64,000 nucleotides of DNA from a virus. The stretch lies in the IMG/VR virus record IMGVR_UViG_3300045988_113151; one strand, written 5' to 3'. The notes beneath the pieces are model-generated. The model made no database searches. It was not told where the DNA came from and worked only from the letters and a program-made list of their open reading frames with translations. Positions 36,636-48,816 of this stretch are shown here, piece after piece (position 1 is the stretch's first letter; every line of letters starts with the position of its first letter). The translations under genes were made by a program, and so were the position numbers.

Positions 36636-36707
36636 TCTCCTGTGATGTAAAGGTAACATATTGAGCTCTAACCTCAAAATTGTCCGTTCGAGTCGAGACC
36701 AGGAGGA
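36636..36707 (+). tRNA. amber suppressor tRNA (anticodon CUA), probably Gln-type
   Basis: TCTCCTG-TG-ATGT-AAAGGTA-ACAT-A-TTGAG-CTCTAAC-CTCAA-AATT-GTCCG-TTCGAGT-CG(A)GAC-CAGGAGG-A. The anticodon CTA is at 36668-36670. There is a U1.G72 wobble and a one-nt bulge in the T stem. U1 and the GGTAA D-loop resemble tRNA-Gln. Confidence 0.75.
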
Positions 36708-36742
36708 CTAATAAAAAATAATTTAATGTTACTATCACAAAT

Positions 36743-39700
36743 ATGATAGACTTCTAGAAAAAAATATTAAATAGCAATAAGTTTAGACAAGCCTGTATTC
36801 AATTTTAGAATACAGGCTCTTATTGTTCATATCCTTCAGGAACATCTGAATACTATCAATTCTGGGATGAAGAAATGAACAGATGTATTAATGGTTATAC
36901 TACCGATGATGGTGATTACATCACAGGGTATAACTATTTTTATATAAACTATTGCCCTATACAAAGAATAGTACATACAGTAAAGAAGTTGCCAGATGGT
37001 ACTACTAAAGTAATAAAAACTAGATCATTATAGTTTCCAGACTTTTATGACTATGACTATTACTTTTTCTTAGCAATGACAGAAGCTGAAGAAAAAGGTA
37101 AACATATGTGTGTACTTAAATCACGTCGTAAAGGTTACTCTTATAAGAATGCAGCAATGGCATGTCGTAACTATTACTTAATACCTAACAGTAAGACTTA
37201 TATATACGCTTCAAATAAACAATATCTAACAGAGGATGGTATACTTACTAAAGCATGGGATTACATGGACTTTATAGATAAAAATACTGCTTGGGGTAAG
37301 AAGAGATCTGTGAATACATCAATGCGTAAAAGAGCTGGTTTCTTTACTAAAGATGAATTTGGTAATGAAATAGAAATGGGTTACAAGTCTGAAATAATTG
37401 GGGTATCCCTAAAAGACAATCCAGATGCAACTCGTGGTAAAGCTGGTAAACTTATTATATTTGAGGAAGCTGGTTCTTTTCCAGAATTAGGAGCTGCATG
37501 GTAGATTGCTAGACCTTCTGTAGAACAAGATGGTATAGCATTCGGAACAATGGTAGCATTTGGATGTGTGTGTGCTGGTACTAAAGTATGGACAGCTAAT
37601 GGTAAGTGTGTATCTATTGAGGAACTCAATCCTAAAGATGGTATAATGGGGTGGGATACATATTAGGCTTATCCTCAAAATATATCTAATGTAAATCCTC
37701 CAGCAAAAAAACCATGTTTAAGAATAACTACTAATACTGGTAGAACACTAGAGTGTAGCACAGATCACCCGTTGTTATGGTCTACTCCAGGTAAAACAAA
37801 AAGAGTACCTGGAAAAAGGAAAGAAAATGAACGCATGAAATCATGGTTATGGCACAAAGCTGAACTATGTAAAGTGGGAGATCAGGTTGGAGTTATTGAT
37901 GAAGTACCTTATTTTGGTGACAAGAAAATGTGGGAACCAAGATTAGTAGGATGGTTGATAGGAGATGGTAGTTATGGTAATAATAAGACACCAATACTTA
38001 GTAATTGCGATGAATATATAAACAATTATATATTTGAGAACTTTAATGCTAAAGTAGAAAAATCCTATCTTACTAAAGATAATAAATTATACTGTGAAAC
38101 TAGGATCAAGGGTATATGTAAGAATTTAAGAGAACTAGGTATATATGGACAAACTAGAGGTAATAAAACATTACCTATTAACATAGATGATTATGATTTT
38201 GAAAGCTTATCAGAATTAATAGGAGGACTATACGATACAGATGGCTATATTAGAGTAGACAAAGATGGGAGAGTGAGAGTAATACTTACTCAAGCTTATG
38301 ATACTTTATTAAAACAGCTTCAGATATTGTTAATTAAATTTGGTATAAGCAGTTCTATTCGTTATATAAAATATAAAAATGAAAGAGTTCATATATCAAA
38401 CGGGAAAACTATTAGATCTAAGAATGGGGAGTACAGATTAGAAATAAACGATATTACAAGTGTGTGTAAGTTTGCTGATAGAATTCCTCTAACAGTTCAA
38501 TACAAGTAGTCAGCTTTAGATATGATATTACTATTTTCTTAGAAACATATAAATAAGTATAATAAGTATTTATGTGGCGTTCACGCTGAAAGAATAGTAA
38601 GTATAGAAGACATAGGACTACAAACAATCTACAATCTTACTGCAAAAGAACAAAATAATTACATAGCTAATGGTATAGTAACTCATAACACTGGCGGTGA
38701 TCCAGGTAGTAGTTTTGAAGCTCTTAGAGACATGTTCTATAATCCAGACGGATATAATTGTTTATCATTTGAAAATATATGGGATAGTGCAGTAAGTAAT
38801 ACTAAATGTGGGTTCTTTATACCTCAGTATACCAATCTAGATATACGTAATGAGGATGGCAAAAGAATATATATGGATGATGATGGTAACACTAATGTTA
38901 AGCTGTCTCTACAATATATACTCGATGAGCGTAAAATAGTAATACAAAATGCTACTAGTTCTGTTGCTGTTGATAGATATGTTGCTGAAAGATGTATTAC
39001 TCCTTAGGAAGCTTGTTTGGAATTTAACGGTAATATATTCCCTAAAAAAGAACTTCAAGAATAGCTTGGTTTAATACGTACAAATAAAGCACTGTAGAAC
39101 CATAAACAAGTTGGAGATCTTATATTTGATCAGTCTGGGTAGTTGAAATGGATACCTAAGAAACTTGGTGATATTACTAAATATCCTTTAGGTAAGGATG
39201 ATGACCCAAAAGGTGCAATAGTAATATGGGAACATCCAGTTAAAGATGCTCCTTCAGGATTATATATAATAGGAGTAGACCCTTATGATCATGATTAGTC
39301 TGGTACAAATTCTTTAGGATCATCTATAGTGTATAAAAGATTTCAGAGCTTTGAATCTTATTATGATATTATAGTAGCTGAATATACTGGTAGACCTGCA
39401 ACAGCGGAAGAGTATTATGAGAATTTACGCAAGCTAGCGATTTACTATAATGGTAGAATAATGTATGAAAATGAACGTAAAGGTTTGTTCCCTTATTTTA
39501 CAGCAAAGCATTGTGATTACTTATTAGCAGATCAGCCTGATATAATAAACGATATAGTAGGTAATTCTAAAGTACAACGCAAAAAAGGCTGCCATATGAA
39601 TAAGCAAATAAAACAATGGGGTGAAGGCATGATTAAAGACTGGTTAAATGAGGAGTATGCACCAGGTAAGAAAAATCTTACTAGAATACTATCTGAACCA

Positions 39701-39925
39701 TTATTAGAAGAACTAATAAGCTATAATGATACTGGAAATTTTGATAGAGTGATGGCTTTAATGCAGGTAATGATATACAAAGAGTAGTTATATAACGTTG
39801 TTGTAAAACAGAAAGAAAAAGAGAATAAAGCTAAGCTGTTATTTGATGGGCCAATCTTTGCGCAGAGTTGGTTCCAAGATGACAAACCAAATATCAGTAA
39901 TGACGATAATGTATATACATTTTAA
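36743..39925 (+). CDS. terL: terminase large subunit (TerL), intein-containing, about 13 in-frame TAG codons
   Basis: All fragments (37076, 37772, 38732, 39329 and the manual 36743 start) share one frame. Motifs: GYNYFYINYCPI, FPDFYDYDYYFF, CVLKSRRKGYSY, KLIIFEEAG, FG|TGGDPGSS, IIGVDPYDHD. It ends at TAA 39923-39925. Confidence 0.85.
37565..38689 (+). mobile_element. intein with LAGLIDADG homing endonuclease in TerL (375 aa, three in-frame TAG)
   Basis: It starts CVCAGTKVWTANGK. Block B is LECSTDHPLL. LAGLIDADG motifs are LVGWLIGDGSYG and LIGGLYDTDGYI. It ends ..NYIANGIVTHN followed by +1 Thr. The extein junction reads MVAFG|TGGDPG. Confidence 0.85.
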
Positions 39926-39927
39926 TT

Positions 39928-42417
39928 ATGAAGAATTTAAAATCAATGCCGATTTAGAAACTCTCTATGTTCAAAAAGAATAAGGAGTGGAGGCAAGCTT
40001 GTGTAGACTATATCATAGGTGCTAGTGATTCTGGCTAGGGTAATTTAAATAGAGATAGATCTGATGAAATGCAGACTTACTATGATTTGTACAATAGTAT
40101 ATATAATGAAAAGGATCTAAAGTATGTTACTAATCCATTTAAACAAGATGATGGATTCCCTGCTACAGCTTAGGACTATAATATAATAAAGCCATACATA
40201 GATCAGTTACTAGGAGAAGAAACTAAAAGACCGTTTAACTTCTATATAGCTAGAACTAGTGATGATGCTGCTAGTGAACTTCAAGAGAAAATGAAACAAA
40301 TGCTAATGGACTATATCTATGCTACTATTACTAGTAAACTAAGCCCAGAGCAAGCAGCTAGATATGAACAAGCATTAGCTACTGGAGAAATTATGACTCC
40401 TGAGTAGATACAAAAATATGTTAATAAAGATTATAAGGATATAGCAGAAACCACAGCATATCATACGCTATAGTATCTTAAGCGTAAATTGAATTTGATA
40501 CACGAATTCTATAAAGGGTGGAAAGATGCGTTAATAGCTGGTGAAGAGATTTATTATGTTGGTATAGTAAACGGTTAGCCATATACAGAAAGAGTAAATC
40601 CTATGTACTTTAGGTATGAACAATCTTTAGACTTAGAATTTATTCATGAGGCTTCATGGTGTTGTAGGAAAATGATTATGTCGGCTACAGAACTATATGA
40701 TAGATTTTATGATAAAATGTCAGAAAAACAGCTGAACGATTTACTAGATTTAATAGATGAAAAACCAGGTACTTCTCCTGAAATAAGGAAAACATCTATG
40801 GATTACACTCACTATAAAATGTCTAGCATAAATGGTTTTACTGCCAACCCTTTTGATGCTAATCATATTACTGTATATCACTGTTGTTGGAAATCATTTA
40901 AAAAGATAGGTTTTGTAAGTATAACAGATCCATAGACTGGAGAAATAGAAGAGATACAAGTAGATGAAACTTATAAACCTACTGGTAGAGAAAACTATGT
41001 AGAATGGAAATGGATAGTTGAAACTTGGGAGGGTTATAGAGCTAATGATGATGAATATATAGGTATTCAACCAATAGAATATCAACATATATCAGCAGAC
41101 AATCCTAATTCATAGAAGTTACCATATACTGGTGTTGTATATAATAATACTAATAGCAGACCTAGATCTTTAGTAAGCATGATGAAACCTTTACAATATA
41201 TGTATATTGTAGTATGGTACAGACTTGAATTAGCTATGTCTAGAGATAAAGGTAAAGTAGCTTTGATAGATGTTACTTAGATACCTAAAGGATTAGGTAT
41301 AGATGTAAATAAATGGATGCATTACTTAGGAGCATTAGGTGTAGCATTTATTAATCCTTATGAAGAAGGTTGGGATGTTCCAGGACGTGAAGGTGGTAGA
41401 CCAGCTCAGTTTAATCAGTTTCAATCATGGGATCTTAGCATGGCTAATGTGATAGACCAGTATGTAAACCTAATGGCTAAAATAGAAGATATGGTAGCTA
41501 AACTTACTGGTATTACTCCTTAGAGATAGGGGCAAATAGCTCCAAATGAGCTTGTGTCTAATGCTAGTACAGCAGTAAGTATGTCTTATCATATTACTGA
41601 ACCTTGGTTCTGGACACATAATCAAGTAAAGAGAGAGGTTTTAACAATGCTATTAAATACAGCTAAGGTAGCTTGGAAAGACAATAAAATGTGCTTGAAT
41701 TATATACTAGACGATGCTACCAGAGCTTTTCTTAAATTATCTGATAGATTCTTCTATGAAGATATGGATGTGTTTATTGACGATAGTACTAAGAATAGAC
41801 AAGACTTAGATGCTCTTAGAAATCTTATGTAGCCTGCTATGCAAAATGGTGCTAGTTTACTTGATATAGCTGAAATAGTTACATTAGACAATGTAAATAT
41901 GATTAAGAGTAGATTAGAGGAAATTGAGCAGAAACGTATGGAACAAATGCAGCAACAACAACAAGCTGAGCAGCAAGCTCAACAAGAACTAGTTGAAAAA
42001 CAAAATCAAATAAAAGAAGAGGAGTTGATGATTAAAGAAGCTGAAATGGATCTTGAAAAATATAAGATAGATCAAGATAATGCTACTAAAATTACAGTTG
42101 CTCAATTAAATGCTTATAGAGGGTCTGAGAATATGGATCAAAATGAAAACGGCATACCAGATCCTATGGAAATAGCAGCTCAGGCTTTAGAAGAAAGAAA
42201 ACAGGCATCAGAAGAAGCTTCTAAACAATTTGAGTTCAATAATAAGCGTAGAGAAGTAGAGATGAAGAAAGAGATTGAAGATAAAAAAATTCAACTTGAA
42301 AAGGATAAAATCCAAGCTTAGAAAGAATTACAAGCTCAAAAAGATAAAGCTGCAATGGAAAGAGAGAGATTAAAAGCTAAGACTGCAATTAGGAATAAAG
42401 TAACAGGAGAGCGTTAA
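39928..42417 (+). CDS. portal protein (829 codons, about 13 in-frame TAG)
   Basis: Fragments 40603, 41317, 41554 and 41839 are in the same frame as ATG 39928. It follows TerL. It has a Q-rich coiled C-terminus and the sequence ITP-TAG-R-TAG-GQIAPNE. Confidence 0.75.
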
Positions 42418-42418
42418 T

Positions 42419-42772
42419 ATGAAGATAATTCAGAACAAACTAATTCCTTTTAAAGGATATAAATATATTAACTTATTTGGGTTATTGTTTACTAGAGATA
42501 AATCTAAAATAACAGATATAGAGTATAATCATGAGAAGATTCATCTTAAGTAGATGCAAGAAATGTTGTGGTTGCCATTTTATATCTGGTATGGAGTTGA
42601 ATACTTGGTTATAACAGTAGCTAGGTTATTTGATAAATAGGGAGATAGGTATCATGATATATCTTTTGAAGAAGAAGCTTATAATAATGAAACTAATCTG
42701 AACTATTGTAGTGACAGAAAGCATTTTGCTTGGTTAAAATATATAGGTATTAAAAGTAATTAGGAGGAATAA
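42419..42772 (+). CDS. small membrane protein with HExxH (NHEKIH), in-frame TAGs
   Basis: Manual translation MKIIQNKLIPFKGYKYINLFGLLFTRDK...HEKIHLK-TAG-MQEMLWLPFYIWYGVEYLVITVA... The end is ambiguous: TAG 42761 or TAA 42770. Confidence 0.45.
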
Positions 42773-42830
42773 TTATGGCATGCGGAAGTAAGAAAGGCTC
42801 TAAAAAGGGCGGTAAAAAGAGTAAGTAATT

Positions 42831-43190
42831 ATGGAACGTGAAGCATTTAGATAGAGAATGCAACAGTATAAGTAGGCTAGGGAAAGCAATCCCTAGCTGA
42901 AGTACTGGGATTGGAAGAAGTATGCAGATGGTGGTACTATAGAAGAGGATCCTCCAACTACTAGCGAAAGACCTATTATAAATTTTGATCCTAAAGGAAA
43001 TCCGTACGAAGCTAAATATGGTTATAATCCTGGAGCTGGATTTACTAGAGATCCGTTTAGTCTATATGATGCTCCTGTTATAGGTGACGCTTTAAGTATA
43101 TATGATGCATCAGAGGCTTTAAAGAATAAAGACTTGTTAGGTGCAAGTTTAGCAGCATTAGGAGTAGTGCCGTTTGTCCCTAGTAATTAA
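42831..43190 (+). CDS. hypothetical virion-module protein (three in-frame TAG, TAA stop)
   Basis: Manual translation MEREAFR-TAG-RMQQYK-TAG-ARESNP-TAG-LKYWDWKKYADGG... Confidence 0.5.
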
Positions 43191-43247
43191 AGAGCTAGAG
43201 CTATTGATAGTAGATATGGTACTAGTTATGAAGCTGTTTATAAAGGT

Positions 43248-43829
43248 ATGAATGAAAGGTATCAAGATCCTATGGAATATTTTATGTCTAGTTATGAACC
43301 AGTATTAGATGCTAATCTAAGTAGTAGTACTAAAGCTCAAGTAAGTAGTAATCCTAAGAATAGAGATATAAGATTCAGTAAAGGAGTTAATACTGGAGAA
43401 TATAACATAGATACTGGATTAATTAGACACGAAATAGGTCATAAAGTAGATATAGATGCTACTAGAGGAGCTGTCAATACTAATCCATTTATGTAGGATT
43501 TAGCTAAAGACATATTACCTTATGATCAAGCTAGATATATGTTACACGGAATAGAAAATCCTGTTGAATCATACAAGTACTTGACTACTCCTACAGAAAT
43601 TAAAAGTCACATGAATCAATTTAGATAGTATCTGATTGATAATAAGATAATGAAACCTGGAGATAAAGTTGATGATGTTCCTAATTTCTTTATGCATTTA
43701 TAGGCAGCTCCAGATGAATACAAAGGAATAAAATTATTGCAAAATTTATTTAAGACTGATAGAGCCTTTAAGAAAAGGTTTGATTAGATACCGTTAACGA
43801 ATATCAAAGATAACAGAGTAATAGCATGA
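43248..43829 (+). CDS. putative zinc metallopeptidase (HEIGH), in-frame TAGs
   Basis: Motif LIRHEIGHKVD. The frame continues through the TAG at 43494 to TGA at 43827. Confidence 0.5.
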
Positions 43830-43895
43830 TATTATTAATGCTACATGCTGTAATAAAGGTAAAAAGAAGAAATAAATCTAATTAATATATTAATT

Positions 43896-45104
43896 ATGGA
43901 AAAAGAAAATAAGATTACTTTAGGTGGATTTGACGCTATACTTGATAGCTTCATCCCTAATGTAAATAAAAATGTTGAAAATATCATTGCAGACGATTCT
44001 GTTGAAGAAGATGAATTAGATAATATTAAAAAGAATCAATTCGATCCTATTACAGATAATATAAAAAAACAAAAGGACAAGAAGGACGATAAGGCAGAAG
44101 ATTCTAAAGACGATGTTGCTGATCCTGATGAAACAGATGATAAGTTAGATATAAAATAGAAGTCTAACGATTCTAAAAAGAATAACAAAACTATAGATAA
44201 AGTAGATGAAAAAGATGAATTAGATGGTGACGTCGATGATGAATCTACTGAAGTAGATAGTAATGTAGTAAGTAACTTCTTTGACGCTATTGCTGAGAAA
44301 TTAGGTTGGGATATTAATGAAGAGGATGAAGATAGTAAACCTAAGGATGTAGACAGTCTTATTAAATATTTTCAAGATATTATAGAAGAAGAAAGCAAAC
44401 CTACTTATGCTAGTGAGGAAGTAGAAGCACTTGATAACTTCGTAAAACAAGGTGGAGATCTTAAACAATACTTACAGATAGATGCAGAGTTGGATCTAGA
44501 TGATATTGATATGGAAGATGAGTCTAATCAAAAGTTAGTAGTAAAACAGTTCTTAAAAGAAAAAGGTATTAGTGCTAAACAAATAGAAAAGAAAATATCC
44601 AAGTATGAAGAAGCTGGTTTACTTGAAGATGAGGCTCAGGATGCATTAGAAAGTCTTAAGGAGATAAAGGAAGATAAAAAAGAACAGCTATTATTGGAAC
44701 AGAAAAAACAATATGAGCGAATGGTTGCTAACCAACAGAAATTCTATAATAGCGTTGTCTCTGAAATAAAAGGCTTAAAAAATATACGTGGTATTACGGT
44801 CCCTGAAAAAGACAAAAAAGTATTAATAGATTATATACTTAAGCCAGACACCGACGGTAAAACTAAGTACCAAAAGGACTATGCTAAAGGTGGTGTAAAG
44901 AACTTAATAGAATCAGCATACTTTACTATGAATGCAGATAAACTATTAGAAGCTGCAAAAAAAGCTGGAAGTAACTCAGCTATTGATAAGTTTAAAAATA
45001 GTTTAAAAACAACATCTGTAAATACTCGATCTAAACAAATATCAAAGAGTAATGATGATGAGCCTATTTGGTCAAATATTGCACGAAAACTGCGTATATC
45101 ATAA
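43896..45104 (+). CDS. scaffolding-like protein (acidic, coiled-coil; TAG at 44157)
   Basis: Fragments 43896 and 44490 share a frame. It has D/E/K-rich composition and lies immediately upstream of the capsid gene. Confidence 0.55.
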
Positions 45105-45142
45105 TAAATTAATAACAAATAAAATTAAATTACTAGTATTTT

Positions 45143-46612
45143 ATGGATAACAATATTTTGAACTCGTTGGTCCTTTATAAAGGAAAATGGTTTAGCGATT
45201 TGATTGATACTAATAAAATCAGTCTCGCTTCTCAGCAAAGACCTTACGAGGTATCTACTATCCTGTCATACGTATTTGGTACTAAAGATAATGGTTACAG
45301 TACTTCTCTGGATATGTTGACAGGAGGTCTTGGTAACGTAATGACTATTGACAAACCGTCATTTGAATGGGGCGTAATGATTGATCAGGACAGAGCCGTT
45401 ACAATTCGTGATGCAAAATGGAATGGAACTACTATTTCTGAAGATTCTACTCCTGGTCTTGGTAATACCCCTATCACACTGTGGTTAGAAGATAGCTGGT
45501 TTGGACCTGGTGCTACAGTAGAACTTGATGACAAGAGTCAGTTGCGTTTCGCTGATGCTCCTTATCAGGATGGTAACTTATTCGTTTATACAGGTTTCAT
45601 TGCTAATGGTAACCCTGCTTCTTACATTAATCCTCGTTATTTGCAAGCTGGTTGTCAAGTATCTCGTTTGGCATCTGCTTATGAAGAATACAGTGAAGAG
45701 GCTGATATCCTGAACTACAATACTCACTTCAAGATGCGTAACTATTTGACTACAGTTCGTTTGTCTTATGATATTACAGGTTCTGCATACTCTGAAGTAA
45801 TGGCCATTGCTTTGAGAGATCCTAAATCAGGTAAGACTTCTTACTTATGGTCAACTTTCCAGGAATGGGTAGCTATGCGTGAATGGTATAAGCGTCTCGA
45901 AAGAGCTTTGGTATATAATCAGAACAACGTAAATAAGGATGGTTCTTGTAACTTGAAAGGTAAGAACGGTCGCCCTGTATTTATTGGTGCTGGTTTGTTG
46001 GAACAGATTGCTCCGTCTAACAGACGTTATTACACTCGTTTGACAGCAGAATTACTGGAAGACTTCTTGTCAGATTTGTCTTACAATGTACTTGGTACTA
46101 ACGAACGTAAATTCATCGGTTTGACTGGTGAAATGGGTCTTCGTGAATTTGACCGTGTACTGAAAGAAAAGATGGCTAACTTGAACATGATTGATACTGT
46201 ATTTGTATCTGGTTCTGGTGAAAACTTGAAATTTGGTGGTCAGTTCAAAACTTATGCTATGAGCAACGGTATTGAACTTACTTTGAAGTACTTCCCGTTG
46301 TATGACGATTTGACTCACAACCGTCAGTTGCATCCTGTAACATTGAAACCGCTGGAATCTTACCGTATTACTTTCTTGGATCTTGGTCGTCGTGACGGTG
46401 AAGCTAACGTAGTTAAAGTAGTTCGTAAAGATCGTGAATTCGTTAGCTGGTGTACTGCTGGTTCTGTAACTCCTGCTGGTTACGCTCACTCTAATACTGA
46501 AGTTCGTTCTAACGCTAAGGACGGTTATGCAGTACATTTCTTGGGTGAATGCGGTATTATGTTGAAAGATCCTCGGGCGTGTGGGGAATTGATAATGGAT
46601 TCACAAGATTGA
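45143..46612 (+). CDS. major capsid protein
   Basis: A 489-aa ORF after the scaffold gene. Codon usage is distinct (cgt/ggt/ctg-rich, higher GC), typical of the most expressed gene. It contains no TAG. Confidence 0.65.
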   Translation: MDNNILNSLVLYKGKWFSDLIDTNKISLASQQRPYEVSTILSYVFGTKDNGYSTSLDMLTGGLGNVMTIDKPSFEWGVMIDQDRAVTIRDAKWNGTTISEDSTPGLGNTPITLWLEDSWFGPGATVELDDKSQLRFADAPYQDGNLFVYTGFIANGNPASYINPRYLQAGCQVSRLASAYEEYSEEADILNYNTHFKMRNYLTTVRLSYDITGSAYSEVMAIALRDPKSGKTSYLWSTFQEWVAMREWYKRLERALVYNQNNVNKDGSCNLKGKNGRPVFIGAGLLEQIAPSNRRYYTRLTAELLEDFLSDLSYNVLGTNERKFIGLTGEMGLREFDRVLKEKMANLNMIDTVFVSGSGENLKFGGQFKTYAMSNGIELTLKYFPLYDDLTHNRQLHPVTLKPLESYRITFLDLGRRDGEANVVKVVRKDREFVSWCTAGSVTPAGYAHSNTEVRSNAKDGYAVHFLGECGIMLKDPRACGELIMDSQD

Positions 46613-46694
46613 TCAGCTATTATAATAAGTTAAATTTGTAACCTAATTATGTTTCCTGCGTTATGAGAATATAAACTTAAAAAAATTATATTCT

Positions 46695-47357
46695 ATGAAA
46701 AGTAATGAAGTATACAAAATAACAAATAAAGTAACTGGGAAAATATATATAGGCATAACAAATCAGGGCTCTGGTGCGAGATATAGACATCACTGGTATG
46801 AGTCTCGCATCGGAGAACCTTCTCCAATTCATAAGTCAATGGCTAAATATGGTGAAGAAAATTTCACTTTAGAAGTTATAGATTTCGCTGAAACTTATGA
46901 AGAGTTAAAAGAAAAAGAAAAACTTTGGATTAAAAAATTTAATTCTAACGATCGCAAAATTGGATACAATCTTACAGAAGGAGGAGATGGAACATTTGGA
47001 AGAATGCATTCTGATGAAACTAAAGAAAAAATCCGTCAAAAAGCTATTGGTAGGAAACTATCAGAAGAAACTAAAAAGAAAATGTCTGAAATACGAACTG
47101 GTAAATGCTCAGATAAACAAAAGGAACATTTAAAAAGAATATCAGTTCAGAATAGGGCGATTCCAGTATTACAGTTCTCTAAGACTGGAGAATTTATAGC
47201 TAAATACGAATCTATATCAGAAGCTGCGAGACAAACTGGAATAAACAGTGATACAATTGAGCGTCAATTGAAAAAACCTCTAAAGAATCCTAACGATTGG
47301 AGAATTAAATTTATATGGAAATCTGAAAGAACAGAAGATGCAGCAAATGCTGCTTAA
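46695..47357 (+). CDS. GIY-YIG homing endonuclease (free-standing)
   Basis: VYKITNKVTGKIYIGIT...RYRHHW...YNLTEGG, repeated NUMOD3-like basic motifs, and a C-terminal IENR1-like FSKTGEFIAKYESISEAAR. It ends ..DAANAA. Confidence 0.85.
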   Translation: MKSNEVYKITNKVTGKIYIGITNQGSGARYRHHWYESRIGEPSPIHKSMAKYGEENFTLEVIDFAETYEELKEKEKLWIKKFNSNDRKIGYNLTEGGDGTFGRMHSDETKEKIRQKAIGRKLSEETKKKMSEIRTGKCSDKQKEHLKRISVQNRAIPVLQFSKTGEFIAKYESISEAARQTGINSDTIERQLKKPLKNPNDWRIKFIWKSERTEDAANAA

Positions 47358-47381
47358 CTTGAATACTCTAATTATATAATT

Positions 47382-48134
47382 ATGGAAGTAATCGTTAAAT
47401 TAACAAAAATAAATCCTTGGACGGGATTAATAAAATGGTCCAACTGTTTTGATTATGTAAGTACTTACTGGACTAGATCAGGTAGTAGATATACTGGTTT
47501 AACTACAGAGAAAGCCAGAGAGTTAGAATAGAAAATGGGTAAGGCAGAAGGTGAACTAGACCCAGGTAGTACATTTTGGGATACATTTGCAATCAAAATT
47601 GGTAAGAGAGAACTAGTTATTAATACAGATAGACCAGAAGGAGAATTACAATATTTATTCTTATTGAAGCATAAGAGAGTAGCTAACGGATTAGATAAAG
47701 TAACTCCTGCTACTGATTATGTACTAATTAATAAAGAAGCTGAAGCCGAACAAGCTAATAAGATTAATAAGATTAAACGTGACGCTTATAGAGCATTGGA
47801 TAAGATGAGTCTTGAAGATATGCGTAAATGTCTTAGACTGTTTGGTATTAAAGCTGATACAATGTCTAATGAATTAGTTGAAGCTAGACTTACTGAAAAT
47901 ATTGAAAGAGATCCAGCTAAATTTATTAGAATTTGGGTAGAAAACCCTAACAAAGAAATTAACTTCATTATTGAAGAAGCATTAAGTAAGAACATTATTC
48001 GTAAGAATAGATCTGCATATTACTTTGGTACAGATCTAATAGGCAACGGTCTTGAAGACGTAATTGCATATTTGAAGGACAAAAAGAATCAAGACTTGTA
48101 CTTGAGTATAATTGGAGAGATAAAATCTAAATAA
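47382..48134 (+). CDS. hypothetical structural-module protein (TAG at 47532)
   Basis: The manual start MEVIVKLTKINPWTG... is in frame with ORF-track fragment 47535-48134. Confidence 0.5.
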
Positions 48135-48136
48135 TA

Positions 48137-48814
48137 ATGACACGATCTGAATTTCACTCATACTTTAAGATAGCAATGGACAAGAACTCCTAGAGTGTAG
48201 CTTTTGGAGGATGTCCATCTTTCTTACCATAGGAAATAGACTATTGGTTAAATCAAGGTTTATATCAAGAAGTGAGTAATAAATTCACAGGTAACAATTC
48301 TCTATAGACCCCATTTGAAAAGTCAGTTAAACGAGTGCATGATTTAGAAAAGTTAGTTAAAACAGATAGCGGGTTAGTTGCATCGAAAGTATCAGATTCA
48401 AATCAATGCAAGTTAGAAAACTTATTTGGAGGTTAGAGAATGTTCTTTGTGGATGCTACTTTAAACTACAATAATAAGAAAGCTGATATTAAGCTTATTG
48501 ACCACGATAGTGCTAAACGTTTTAAGAAGACTTACAATAATAATCCTTGGATTGAAGAGCCAGTAGGCGTTATCCAAGATAATACATTGATAGTTTATAT
48601 AGATGATCTATCTATGGATAGTACATCTTACTCAATAGATCTTACTTACGTAAAAACTCCTACTAAGATAGAGAATTTACCAGCTAGTGGCATGAGTGAA
48701 ATACCAGAATATATGTAGTTTGAAGTTATTAATAGAGCTGTAGAATTAGCTCTTGAAGACATAGAATCTAAAAGAGTTCAAACTAAATCACAGCTTAATC
48801 AAATTGATGAATAA
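48137..48814 (+). CDS. hypothetical head-completion/connector-like protein (in-frame TAGs)
   Basis: The manual start MTRSEFHSYFKIAMDKNS-TAG-... is in frame with fragment 48440-48718. It ends at TAA 48812. Confidence 0.5.
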
Positions 48815-48816
48815 TT

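Noticed and set aside
42776-42829. A 17-codon ORF MACGSKKGSKKGGKKSK preceded by AGGAGG.
   Set aside because: It is too short to support without comparative or proteomic data, and Shine-Dalgarno use is weak evidence in Bacteroidota phages.
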